From contig CALMLO010000006.1 in assembly GCA_937868095.1 (NCBI GenBank), positions 1,791-65,790 of the forward strand: a DNA stretch of 64,000 nt, written 5' to 3'. The translations under genes were made by a program, and so were the position numbers. The notes below the pieces were generated by a model. It ran no database searches and had not been told where the DNA came from. It saw nothing but the letters and a program-made list of their open reading frames with translations. The DNA comes from an uncultured Phycisphaerales bacterium (lineage in GTDB: Bacteria > Planctomycetota > Phycisphaerae > Sedimentisphaerales > Anaerohalosphaeraceae). This document shows, one piece after another, positions 1 to 9,300 of the stretch (position 1 is its first letter; every line of letters begins with the position of its first letter).

Positions 1-405
1 GAAGGAACTTCTCTTCCTGCCGGCCAGTGGTCTCATGTTGCGGTAACCATTACTGGCGATACAGGACGTTTGTATCGCAACGGTGAACTTATTGCAGTCA
101 ATACGGCCATGACCTTCAATCCAATCGAAGTCGGCGCCGTATTGAACTATCTTGGCAAAAGTCAATACACCGCCGATCCTGAATTTAACGGCTTGATTGA
201 TGATTTGAAAATCTGGAACTATGCCCTGACCACCTATGACATTGCCCAGGAGTATCTGGCGGTCGCAGGCGGCTCGGTATGTAACCGCGAAGAGCTGGAT
301 CTTGGAGAGTATGATGCGGACGGGGACTGCAGGATTACGCTGGCTGATTTTGCAAGTTTTGCTGCCAGGTGGCTGGAGGATGACCGCATCTATCCTGTTC
401 AGTAA
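1..405 (+). CDS. 3' end of a secreted LamG/concanavalin-like (Laminin_G_3 type) protein with a dockerin-like tail; the 5' end lies outside the window
   Basis: Frame 1 is open from nt 1 to the TAA at 403-405. The translation (GQWSHVAVTITGDTGRLYRNGEL..YLGKSQYTADPEFNGLIDDLKIWNYAL) parallels the C-terminal strands of the LamG modules in the two giant genes downstream. It then ends in YDADGDCRITLADFASFAARWL, an EF-hand/dockerin-like repeat. Confidence 0.8.
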   Translation, partial: EGTSLPAGQWSHVAVTITGDTGRLYRNGELIAVNTAMTFNPIEVGAVLNYLGKSQYTADPEFNGLIDDLKIWNYALTTYDIAQEYLAVAGGSVCNREELDLGEYDADGDCRITLADFASFAARWLEDDRIYPVQ

Positions 406-531
406 GGCAAACATGCCCAGCAGTGGAAAGAAAGCCGGAAGTCTCGGCTGGTTGTTGAGAACCAGACCTTCAAGGTTGGTTTCGGGTTTGAACAAAGTTT
501 TGGATATTTTGCTGAGTTGATTTTTGGTTGG

Positions 532-568
532 CCGCCCCGGCAGGGGCAATCCTGCCGGGGCGGTTTTT
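532..568 (+). terminator. rho-independent terminator
   Basis: Perfect 13-bp stem CCGCCCCGGCAGG (532-544) / CCTGCCGGGGCGG (551-563) with a 6-nt loop, followed by TTTTT (564-568). It lies about 125 nt after the stop at 405. Confidence 0.8.
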
Positions 569-783
569 CCTGTTTTCCCTGACAAGCAGGGGCAAAGGGA
601 CTTTTCGACAGTTGTTTTTGTTCAGCCGAAATAGGGAGTGAAAACGCGGCTTTCAGACCGAAGAAATCGTGGCGGTTAATTCAGGCGGCAGAACGAGAAA
701 ATGCAGAAAAGCGTTGAGAAAAAACAAAATATTGTGCAGGAAGCCGGCTCATGACCGGAAATTGAATGCAGCACCGGGGGGTT

Positions 784-3700
784 ATGAAGAAAAGAATCAG
801 CCAATTCCAGAAATTCTCGGTTGTCTTTCTCTGTATCGTTTTTTGGGGCGTCGGCGGCGTGCATGCCTGGCAGTCAGATAACGGCGACGGAACGTTTACC
901 AATCCGGTGCTTTATGCCGACTATCCCGATCCGGACATTATCCGGGTGGGTGAGGATTTCTACATGGTCTCCACGACCTTTGTGGATTCGCCGGGGATTA
1001 CCGTACTGCATTCGCAGGATTTGGTGAACTGGGAGATACTCTCCCATGCTGCCGAGTTGGTTGACGGCCCGGATTCCTGCAGTATGATAGGCGGCACGGC
1101 CTATCGCGGAGGGTTTTGGGCCTCCAGCATTCGCTATCACGGCGGAACATTTTATATTGCAGTGCAGCCAACCTTTGCCAATGGCCGAATTTACTATGCC
1201 GCCAACCCGGCCGGCCCGTGGAATTATTACCAGCTGGCTCGAAATATCTATGATCCCGGCTTATTTTTCGATACGGACGGAACAGGATATATTATCTGCG
1301 GGCATGGTCCCCAGTCGGTCATGACACTCAATTCCACCTATTCTGCCATCGTATCCCAGGCAGATAACGTAATCGACAGTGGCGGAGAGGGCTCGCACGT
1401 TGTTAAACGCGGCAATTACTATTACCTGTTTAATGCAAACCCAGGTGTGTGGCCGTTTCAGCTGCGATGCTCGAGGGCGACTAATATTTTTGGCCCTTGG
1501 GAAACGGGCCATATTTGTCTGACCGCTGTCACGGGCGGCCACCAGGGGGCAATTGTAGATATCGACGACAATGACAACTGGTTCGGCTTCGTTCACCAGG
1601 ACAGCGGCGCTGTCGGCCGAATGCCCCGGCTTGGTCCGGTATTCTGGGAAAATGACTGGCCGGTTTTCGGTACGCCGAACAATCGCGATGTGCTCGCAAG
1701 TACGTACACCAAACCTATCCAGGGCAAACCGGTTCTTCAGCCGCCGACCTCAGATGACTTCATCTCCTCGACGCTTGGCCTCCAATGGCAGTGGAATCAT
1801 AACCCCGACAATACGCGCTGGTCGCTGACGGAGCGGCCGGGCTTTCTTCGGCTTCGCCCCACGCAGGCAGACAGTTTCTGGACAGCCCGCAACACGCTCA
1901 CCCAAAAAGCTCAGGGTCCGCAGAGTCACGCTATTGTAAAATTAGATATCAGCCAGTTGCAGGACGGTGATAGGGCGGGCTTTGGCACACTGGGCAAGGT
2001 GAACGGATATATCTATGTTGCCGATTCGGATGGCAAGAAGACCCTCGGAATGGTGGTGGATAACAGGGGTGTCGGAACCTATACCTACGCCTCCAATGTG
2101 CCTTTTTCTGGAACAACGCTCTACCTACGAACAGATTTAGATTTTCAAACGAACCAAGGGAACTGCTCCTATAGTGTGGATGGCACCAACTGGACGTCGC
2201 TGGGCGGATATTTCCCGCTGGAGTTTGATATTGTTTACGGCACTTTCCAGGGGGAAAAGTATGCTGTTTTCTGCTTCAACCCCTATACCGCCTCCAGCCC
2301 GGGCTATGTAGATGTCGATTCCTTTACCTTCGGCACCACCGCCAATCCCGTCAATAGGCAGCGCGGACGTCCCATCCTCAATTCGGCAGGAACCACGTTT
2401 GCGGCCGACAACGGCAATCGGCTCCGCGGGCCGTTTGCATCTACGGAATGGGGAAATCCCCCTTCGCTGAGCACAATTGAATCAATTAAAAATCTGGGCT
2501 GCAATGCGATTCATTTGTATGGTGAATGTTTTGATATGAATTATCCTGCCCAGGGCAGCACGGCTCCCGGCTATGCGGTCAGCCGCATCGACCAGATGGT
2601 GGATATGACGCGGCAGGCCGGTCTCTACCTCATCATTACAATCGGCAATGGTGCCAACAATGGAAATTTCAATTATGATTATGTTATGGATTTCTGGAGA
2701 TTCTATGCTCCTCGCTACAAGGACCAGCCCCATGTGATTTATGAAATCCAGAACGAGCCGCATGCCTGGTCGGCGCCCTATCCCCAAGCCGCCCTGGATA
2801 TGGAAGCCGATGCTTATACACTGATTCGCTCGCTGGCACCGGATACACCGATTCTGCTGTTCTCGTTTGCTGTTTTGGGCAGCGGTTCCCTTGCTGTCGC
2901 CGATATCCAGGCAGTTTCTGCAGCAGCGTCGGTTGACTGGAGCAAGGCCGCTGTGGCTTTTCACGGCTATGCAGGCCATCAAGCAACCGCAGCGTCGCTG
3001 GAGACCATTTTGAACGCTGGCTATCCCTGTTTTATGACAGAATTTACGGCTCCCAGATGGGGCAGCACCATCGATTGCCTTGATGCAGAACTTACGGCCG
3101 AACTGGAACGTCTCGAAGTGTCCTGGCTGACTTTTCAGCATATTCCCCCCAATTTCATCGGCAGTGCGGTTACAGACCCTGCCGCCTTCTGCGACATCGT
3201 CAACAATGCAGGTCTGTCATGGCTGCCCGACTATGGTACCTGGCCTGTGCTTCGTGGTATTTACAGCAGCGACAGCCGGCCGTGGACGACGACGGGTCTA
3301 AGCGGCACCCTTCGCATTCAGGCAGAGGATTTTGATACAGGTGGCCAAGGCGTTGCCTATAGTGATGCAGATGCCGCCAATCAAGGAGGGCAGTATCGGC
3401 TTAATGAGGGTGTGGATATTGAGATCACATCAGACAGCGGAGGCGGTTATAATGTGGGCTGGATTGATGATGGAGAATGGCTGGAATATACAATTTTTGT
3501 GAAGGAACCTGGCTTCTATACTCTCGATTTACGTGTGGCCGGCCCGAATGACGGCTGCACCGTGCAGGTGTTCTGCGGCGGCAGAGACAAAACAGGACAG
3601 TGGTCTGTGCCGAACACCGGCGGATGGCAGAGCTGGACGACAATATCTAGGAGCGTGTTTCTCGAATACGGCCGGCAGAAAATGCGGTTGGAGATGCCTG

Positions 3701-6291
3701 CCGGCTGGTTTAATCTGAACTGGATTCAGCTTACGCCTGCTGCTGCCGGCACCATTGCCAACGGCACATACAAATTCCTGAACCGCAACAGCGCAATGGC
3801 CGCAGAGGCGGACACGGTCAGTTCCAAAGTTGTGCAGAATCCCTACTCGGGCACATCTGTCCAGAAGTGGACTGTCCAGCATCGCGGCGCAGGCCAATAC
3901 AGTATTGTTTCTGCCGCCAACGGCTCCAGCTGGAGCACATTCTATGATCGCAACGGAGAACCCCTCACGCTGGCTGGTTGGGGGTACGATGGCAGCAAAG
4001 ACCGTCGTTTCCTCATCATCCCGACCGATAACGGCTACTGCCGCTTTGCAGTGGCTGACGGCGGATTGTGTATCGAAATCGCCGGGGCCTCTTTGGCCGC
4101 TGGCGCTGCCGCCCAGCAGTATGAATATACAGGCGGCAGTCATCAGCAGTGGGGTATTTTAGTGCCGTCTGCTCCGGCGTTTCCTGCCGGCTTGAATGCG
4201 AGATGGCTCTCTTCCAGCCGGATTCAGTTGACGTGGACGGCCTCGGATGGCGCGATAAGTTATAACATCAAACGCTCCGCCGTCAGCGGCGGTCCCTATA
4301 CAACCATCGCCGAAAATATAACGGCAACCTCGTATAGTGATACCGACGTCGCCGCAGGCACAAGATACTATTATGTGGTAAGCGCAAATACCGCTGCCGG
4401 CGAGAGTCTCATCAGCAATGAAGCATCTCCTCCCAATCTGCACGCCTATTGGAAGTTTGACGAAACCAGCGGAACCGCCGCATCCGACGCTTCCGGAAAC
4501 GGCTGGACGGCCGCGCTGGTCAATGGTGCATTCTGGAGTGCAGGAAAGTTCGGCAATGCCGTAGCTTTGGACGGTACGAACGATTATGTCAGTTTGCCGG
4601 CAGGCATTGTGGAAGGTCTGACAGATTTTACCATTTCTGCCTGGGTTTACCTGGATGCCGTCAGCACATGGTCGCGCATATTCGACTTTGGAACCGGTAC
4701 GTCGGTGAATATGTTTCTGACTCCGCGCAGCGGCTCAGGAACGGTACGTTTTGCCGTCACAACCAGCGGAGCCGGCGGAGAGCAGCAAATCAACGGCAGT
4801 GCTGCACTTCCAGCGGGCGTCTGGACGCATATAGCCGTCACATTGGCAGGCGGTACCGGCATTCTTTACATCAATGGCGAGGAGGCTGGGCGCAGCAGTT
4901 CGATGACGCTTACCCCCAGCTCGCTTGGCAGAACCACCCAAAACTATATCGGCAGGTCTCAATACTCAGCCGATGCCTACCTGAAGGGCTGTGTGGACGA
5001 GTTTCGCATCTACGCCGATGCCTTAAGCGCAGCCGAAGTAGCAGCGTTGTATGCCGAACAGATTCCGGTTATCCCGCCTCCGCCCACGGGCTTGACCGCC
5101 GTAGCGGTATCCAGCAGCCAAATCGACCTGACCTGGACGCCTTCTGCCGGTGCAGCCGGCTATAACATCAAACGTTCCACTGTCAGCGGAGGCCCCTATA
5201 CACTTATTGCCGCAAATGTGACAACTCCCACTTTCAGTGATGTAGGACTGTCGGAAGTGACGACTTACTATTACGTAGTCAGCGCTGTCAACAGTGCAGG
5301 GGAAAGTGCCGACTCTGCACAAGCCGAGGCGGCAACACTGGATTCAGCCCCTGCAGCTCCTTCCGGTCTTACAGCAGCAGCGGGTAATGGCTTCGTACGA
5401 TTGGCCTGGGCTGCCAACACGGAAAGTGATTTAGCGGGCTATCATGTATATCGTTCCATGACCTCAACGGGTGACTTTGTTCAACTGAACAGCACTTTGC
5501 TAAGTGCACCAGAATATTTGGATACCGAGGTTTCCAATTATATCACTTATTTCTATGCGGTTTCTGCTGTGGACAGGCATGGGAATGAAAGTTCTTATTC
5601 AGAAGTGGTAAAGGCCATGCCCTATGACGACGGCCTTGTCATTCTCAGTGCCGTTGATTTCGAAAGCGGATTTGGAGACTGGGTGAACATTACCGACGAA
5701 GATACCCATGATTGGATTCGCCATTCCGGCACGACTCTGACTCCCAATACCGGTCCCAACGGCGGAGCCAACGGGAGCACTTGGTATATTTACCTGGAGA
5801 CTTCTCCGGGGTATGCCAACCAGGCCGGCAACACGGCCATTTTGGAAAGTCCCCTGATTTATGGTTCTGAGCGTGTACTCATATTTTCCTATCATATGTA
5901 TGGGATTGAGATTGGCACGCTGGCTGTAGATATCTACGATGGCACCTGGCATTACGGCATCTGGAGCCGAAGCGGCCAGCAGCACAATTCTATCAATGAA
6001 GAATATACGCAGGCCTTTGTGGATCTGAGGGGTTATACCGGTCCGATTCGCATTCGCTTTCGCGCGGTGGCGGCGGGGGGGCCCCGCGGGGATATAGCGA
6101 TTGATGAGATTGCGGTTTTAGGCCGCCGGCTTTATGGAGATATGAATGACGATTCGATTGTGGACATCGATGATTTGATGGAATTTGCGGCCCTCTGGCT
6201 CCAGAACAACTGCACCTTTGACCTGAACGGCGACTGCCGGATTGACCTGTACGAATTTGCCGAGTTTGCCGCAAACTGGATGGCCGATTGA
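784..6291 (+). CDS. giant secreted multimodular glycoside hydrolase: GH43 + GH5 catalytic modules, CBM6-like, ricin-B-like, FN3, LamG, 2x FN3, MAM-like, double dockerin-like tail
   Basis: ORF 766-6291, with the start moved to ATG 784 (MKKRISQF plus a hydrophobic signal peptide and a G-rich RBS). Motifs in order: NPVLYADYPDPDIIRVGEDFYMVSTT (GH43 plus beta-sandwich); IYEIQNEPH and CFMTEF (GH5-type catalytic Glu contexts, ~2340-3140); RIQAEDFD..GWIDDGEWLEY (CBM6-like, ~3310-3735); QKW/QQW repeats (ricin-B, ~3765-4160). These are followed by FN3 (SYNIKRS..YYYVVSA), LamG (~4440-5060), MAM-like DFESGFGDW..GDIAIDEI (~5650-6110) and the dockerin-like tail at 6133-6282. Confidence 0.9.
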   Translation: MKKRISQFQKFSVVFLCIVFWGVGGVHAWQSDNGDGTFTNPVLYADYPDPDIIRVGEDFYMVSTTFVDSPGITVLHSQDLVNWEILSHAAELVDGPDSCSMIGGTAYRGGFWASSIRYHGGTFYIAVQPTFANGRIYYAANPAGPWNYYQLARNIYDPGLFFDTDGTGYIICGHGPQSVMTLNSTYSAIVSQADNVIDSGGEGSHVVKRGNYYYLFNANPGVWPFQLRCSRATNIFGPWETGHICLTAVTGGHQGAIVDIDDNDNWFGFVHQDSGAVGRMPRLGPVFWENDWPVFGTPNNRDVLASTYTKPIQGKPVLQPPTSDDFISSTLGLQWQWNHNPDNTRWSLTERPGFLRLRPTQADSFWTARNTLTQKAQGPQSHAIVKLDISQLQDGDRAGFGTLGKVNGYIYVADSDGKKTLGMVVDNRGVGTYTYASNVPFSGTTLYLRTDLDFQTNQGNCSYSVDGTNWTSLGGYFPLEFDIVYGTFQGEKYAVFCFNPYTASSPGYVDVDSFTFGTTANPVNRQRGRPILNSAGTTFAADNGNRLRGPFASTEWGNPPSLSTIESIKNLGCNAIHLYGECFDMNYPAQGSTAPGYAVSRIDQMVDMTRQAGLYLIITIGNGANNGNFNYDYVMDFWRFYAPRYKDQPHVIYEIQNEPHAWSAPYPQAALDMEADAYTLIRSLAPDTPILLFSFAVLGSGSLAVADIQAVSAAASVDWSKAAVAFHGYAGHQATAASLETILNAGYPCFMTEFTAPRWGSTIDCLDAELTAELERLEVSWLTFQHIPPNFIGSAVTDPAAFCDIVNNAGLSWLPDYGTWPVLRGIYSSDSRPWTTTGLSGTLRIQAEDFDTGGQGVAYSDADAANQGGQYRLNEGVDIEITSDSGGGYNVGWIDDGEWLEYTIFVKEPGFYTLDLRVAGPNDGCTVQVFCGGRDKTGQWSVPNTGGWQSWTTISRSVFLEYGRQKMRLEMPAGWFNLNWIQLTPAAAGTIANGTYKFLNRNSAMAAEADTVSSKVVQNPYSGTSVQKWTVQHRGAGQYSIVSAANGSSWSTFYDRNGEPLTLAGWGYDGSKDRRFLIIPTDNGYCRFAVADGGLCIEIAGASLAAGAAAQQYEYTGGSHQQWGILVPSAPAFPAGLNARWLSSSRIQLTWTASDGAISYNIKRSAVSGGPYTTIAENITATSYSDTDVAAGTRYYYVVSANTAAGESLISNEASPPNLHAYWKFDETSGTAASDASGNGWTAALVNGAFWSAGKFGNAVALDGTNDYVSLPAGIVEGLTDFTISAWVYLDAVSTWSRIFDFGTGTSVNMFLTPRSGSGTVRFAVTTSGAGGEQQINGSAALPAGVWTHIAVTLAGGTGILYINGEEAGRSSSMTLTPSSLGRTTQNYIGRSQYSADAYLKGCVDEFRIYADALSAAEVAALYAEQIPVIPPPPTGLTAVAVSSSQIDLTWTPSAGAAGYNIKRSTVSGGPYTLIAANVTTPTFSDVGLSEVTTYYYVVSAVNSAGESADSAQAEAATLDSAPAAPSGLTAAAGNGFVRLAWAANTESDLAGYHVYRSMTSTGDFVQLNSTLLSAPEYLDTEVSNYITYFYAVSAVDRHGNESSYSEVVKAMPYDDGLVILSAVDFESGFGDWVNITDEDTHDWIRHSGTTLTPNTGPNGGANGSTWYIYLETSPGYANQAGNTAILESPLIYGSERVLIFSYHMYGIEIGTLAVDIYDGTWHYGIWSRSGQQHNSINEEYTQAFVDLRGYTGPIRIRFRAVAAGGPRGDIAIDEIAVLGRRLYGDMNDDSIVDIDDLMEFAALWLQNNCTFDLNGDCRIDLYEFAEFAANWMAD
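5655..6279 (+). repeat. copy 1 of a 625-bp near-identical coding repeat (MAM-like module + dockerin-like tail)
   Basis: Base-by-base comparison with 10525-11149 (constant offset 4870) gives 8 mismatches, at 5976, 6009, 6021, 6066, 6112, 6126, 6179 and 6217. The first 321 nt are identical. Confidence 0.95.
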
Positions 6292-6337
6292 GATTAGAGA
6301 ACAAACAGAGGAACTCTTCTTGGCACGGGGGACTGTT

Positions 6338-9300
6338 ATGAAACAACTGTTTATGAACACTCTGGATGGAACAATCTGCAGAAACATCTTGACGACAATC
6401 CTCCTTGGACTTGCCGTCTGTTCAGCTTGGGCCGATTATCCGATTATGTCGCAGCACTACGCTGCCGACCCGACGGCGATTGAATGGAACGGGCGATTGT
6501 ACGTCTATTGCTCCAACGATGAAGAAAACGGCGAAGGAACCGGCTATATTATGGATTCCATCGTCTGCTTTTCGACGGACGATTTAAAGAACTGGACCGA
6601 TCACGGTGTCGTGTTTGATGCGGACGAACTGTCCTCATGGTATTCCGGAACGGCTTGGGCGCCCTGCATTGTCCGCAACAATGACCAATTTTATCTGTAT
6701 TTCGGAGATGCCTACTGGGGTATCGGCGTCGTTGTGAGCAATGACCCGACCGGCCCCTTTACCGCTCCCAAGAATGCCCTGGTGGTCAAGCGTTCCACCC
6801 TGCCGGGGGGAACCCCCGGGGCAGACAGCACGTGGCTGTTCGACCCGTGCGTTTTTGTGGATGATGACGGCACACCGTATCTGTATTTCGGTGGCGGAGG
6901 GCTTAACCAGGGACGCGTCATCCAATTAGACAGAAATATGATTGACACCGTGGGCTCTGCGATGACGATTGAATCGTCGGAGTTTTTTGAAGCATCTCTT
7001 ATGCATAAATACAACGGCACCTATTATTATTCTTATGCCGATAATTATGAAGATTCGACCCCTTCTTCTCTGATTGTGTATCACACCGCCCCCAGCCCGA
7101 CCGGCCCGTTTACTTATCAGGGGGTGGCTGTGTACCAGCCGCCGGTGAACTACGGCAATAACAATCACCATACGTTTTTTACCTTTCAGGGGCAATGGTA
7201 CTGCGTCTATCACAACCGCTATCAGGCAACAATAGACGGCGTTTCCACCACCGAGCACCGCAACATCTGTCTGGACCGGCTGTATTACAATCCCGATGGG
7301 ACTATCCAGCCGCTTATTCATACACAGGATGGACTGCCTCAACTGAAGTATCTGAATCCGTTTGTTCGTGTAGAAGGAGAAACGCTGGCCCAGCAAAGCG
7401 GTATTCGAACCCAGGTCTGCTCTGAAGGTGGAATGAATGTCACTGCCGTTGACAACGGAGACTGGATATGTCTTCGCGGCGTAGATTTTGGCAGCGGTGC
7501 CGGCAGTTTTCTGGCCCGCACAGCTTCGACGAAGAATGGAGTGGGTATCGAACTGCGGCTGGATTCCTTGACCGGCACTCTCATCGGCACCTGTTCCGTT
7601 CCCAAGACCGGCGGACCGCAAACCTGGACAACGACCTGCTGCAATGTCAGCGGCGCTTCCGGCGTCCATGATTTGTATCTGAAGTTTGTCGGGCCAGCGG
7701 AGGAAGACCTGCTGAACCTGAATTGGTGGCAGTTCCAAGCGGAACCTCTCACAATGACTTCCGTCACGCTCGACCCCTCTGTTTTCTATCAGACGATCGA
7801 AGGTCTGGGCGGAGCGATTTGCTTTTACAACGGCTGGGTCACGGCCCATCCCTACAAATCGGAAATCTATAACCATGCCTTCTCAGGGCTGAATCTTTCT
7901 TTGTTGCGCATCGGCAACTGGTGGCGAGGAGTGGATGGTCAGGACACAGCCACCTACGAAATTGCGGCAGCCGCCAATCAGCGGTTAGGCCATCCTGTCC
8001 CTGTCTGTATCAGTTCCTGGTCTCCGCCGGCTTATCTGAAAAGCAATGGCCAGACTGGCGGTGGCGGAACGCTCATTCAAATCAACGGTCAGTACGACTA
8101 TGCGGGCTTTGCCGACTACTGGTACAACTCCCTCCAGGATTATATCGCTCACGGCATCAATCCTGCCTGGATTACTATCCAGAACGAGCCGGACTGGACG
8201 GCCGATTACGATTCCTGTCGTTTTGATCCGACAGAAGCAACGTACGCCAGTTATGCCCTCGCCCAGGATGCGGTTTATAATCGACTTCAAAGTATGGCCT
8301 CCCCTCCCAAATTATTGAGCCCCGACTGTGTGGGGCTTTACGGTAACGCCGCCGGTCTTCGGAATTATTTGGCCCAATTGAATCCCAACACTTTTTATGG
8401 GATTGCCCACCACCTTTACGGCGGCAGTACGGACGGAACCCCGGATGGATACAACTCGGCCTTTACAACGGTTTTAAACACCCGAAATACTCAATTTCCG
8501 GGCAAACCCATCTTTATGACAGAATACGGCGACATCAAAGGAATGATCCCTTGTGCCAATCTGATTCACAACTGCCTGGTCGTTGAACAGGCCAGCGGCT
8601 ACAGCCACTGGAGTCTGATTTGGCCGGGCGACATCGGTCTGGTGGAAATCGAATTTCCCTGGGGCCGCTATGGGGCAGGCGGGGAATGGACAAATCCGAA
8701 AGGGTACTGGCTGAATCCGTCTTATTGGTCAATGAAGCATTATTCTTATTATGTCCAGCCCGGCTTCAGACGCACCAAAGCCCTGTCCGGCCACTCAGAC
8801 GTTCTGGCTTCTGCGTTTCTTTCCCCTGACGGCAAGCGGCTCATCGTTGTTCTTATCAACCGTCTGGAATCGGATACGGCCTATGTAACGCTGAATGTCG
8901 GTTCTTTTGCTTATGATTCTTCGAGTGTCTTTCAGACCGCCGGCGAGCAGTACTTCCAGTCGCTGGGCCCCCTCGCCGGTTCACAGCTGGCTCTGCCGCC
9001 GCTATCTTTGACCACCATTGTGCTGGATTGTTACGGGCCGGCGGCTCCGACGGGACTGGCAGCAACGGTTATCATCGATTCTCAAATTAATCTGACCTGG
9101 GCCGCCTCCCCCGGCGCACTCAGCTATAACATCAAGCGTTCGACGGTCAGCGGCGGACCCTATACCGCCATTTCCTCCAACATCACAGGAACAAGCTTTA
9201 GTGATACAACGATAAGCCCGGAGACAACCTATTATTATGTCGTCAGTGCCAATACGCTCAGCGGTGAAAGTGCCAACAGTGCAGAGGCGAGCCCCTCGCG

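Noticed and set aside
6075-6081. A G7 homopolymer inside the MAM-like module (also at 10945-10951), considered as a slipped-strand phase-variation site.
   Set aside because: Both copies are in frame with identical length, and the run simply encodes AGGP within a conserved module. There is no evidence of length variation.
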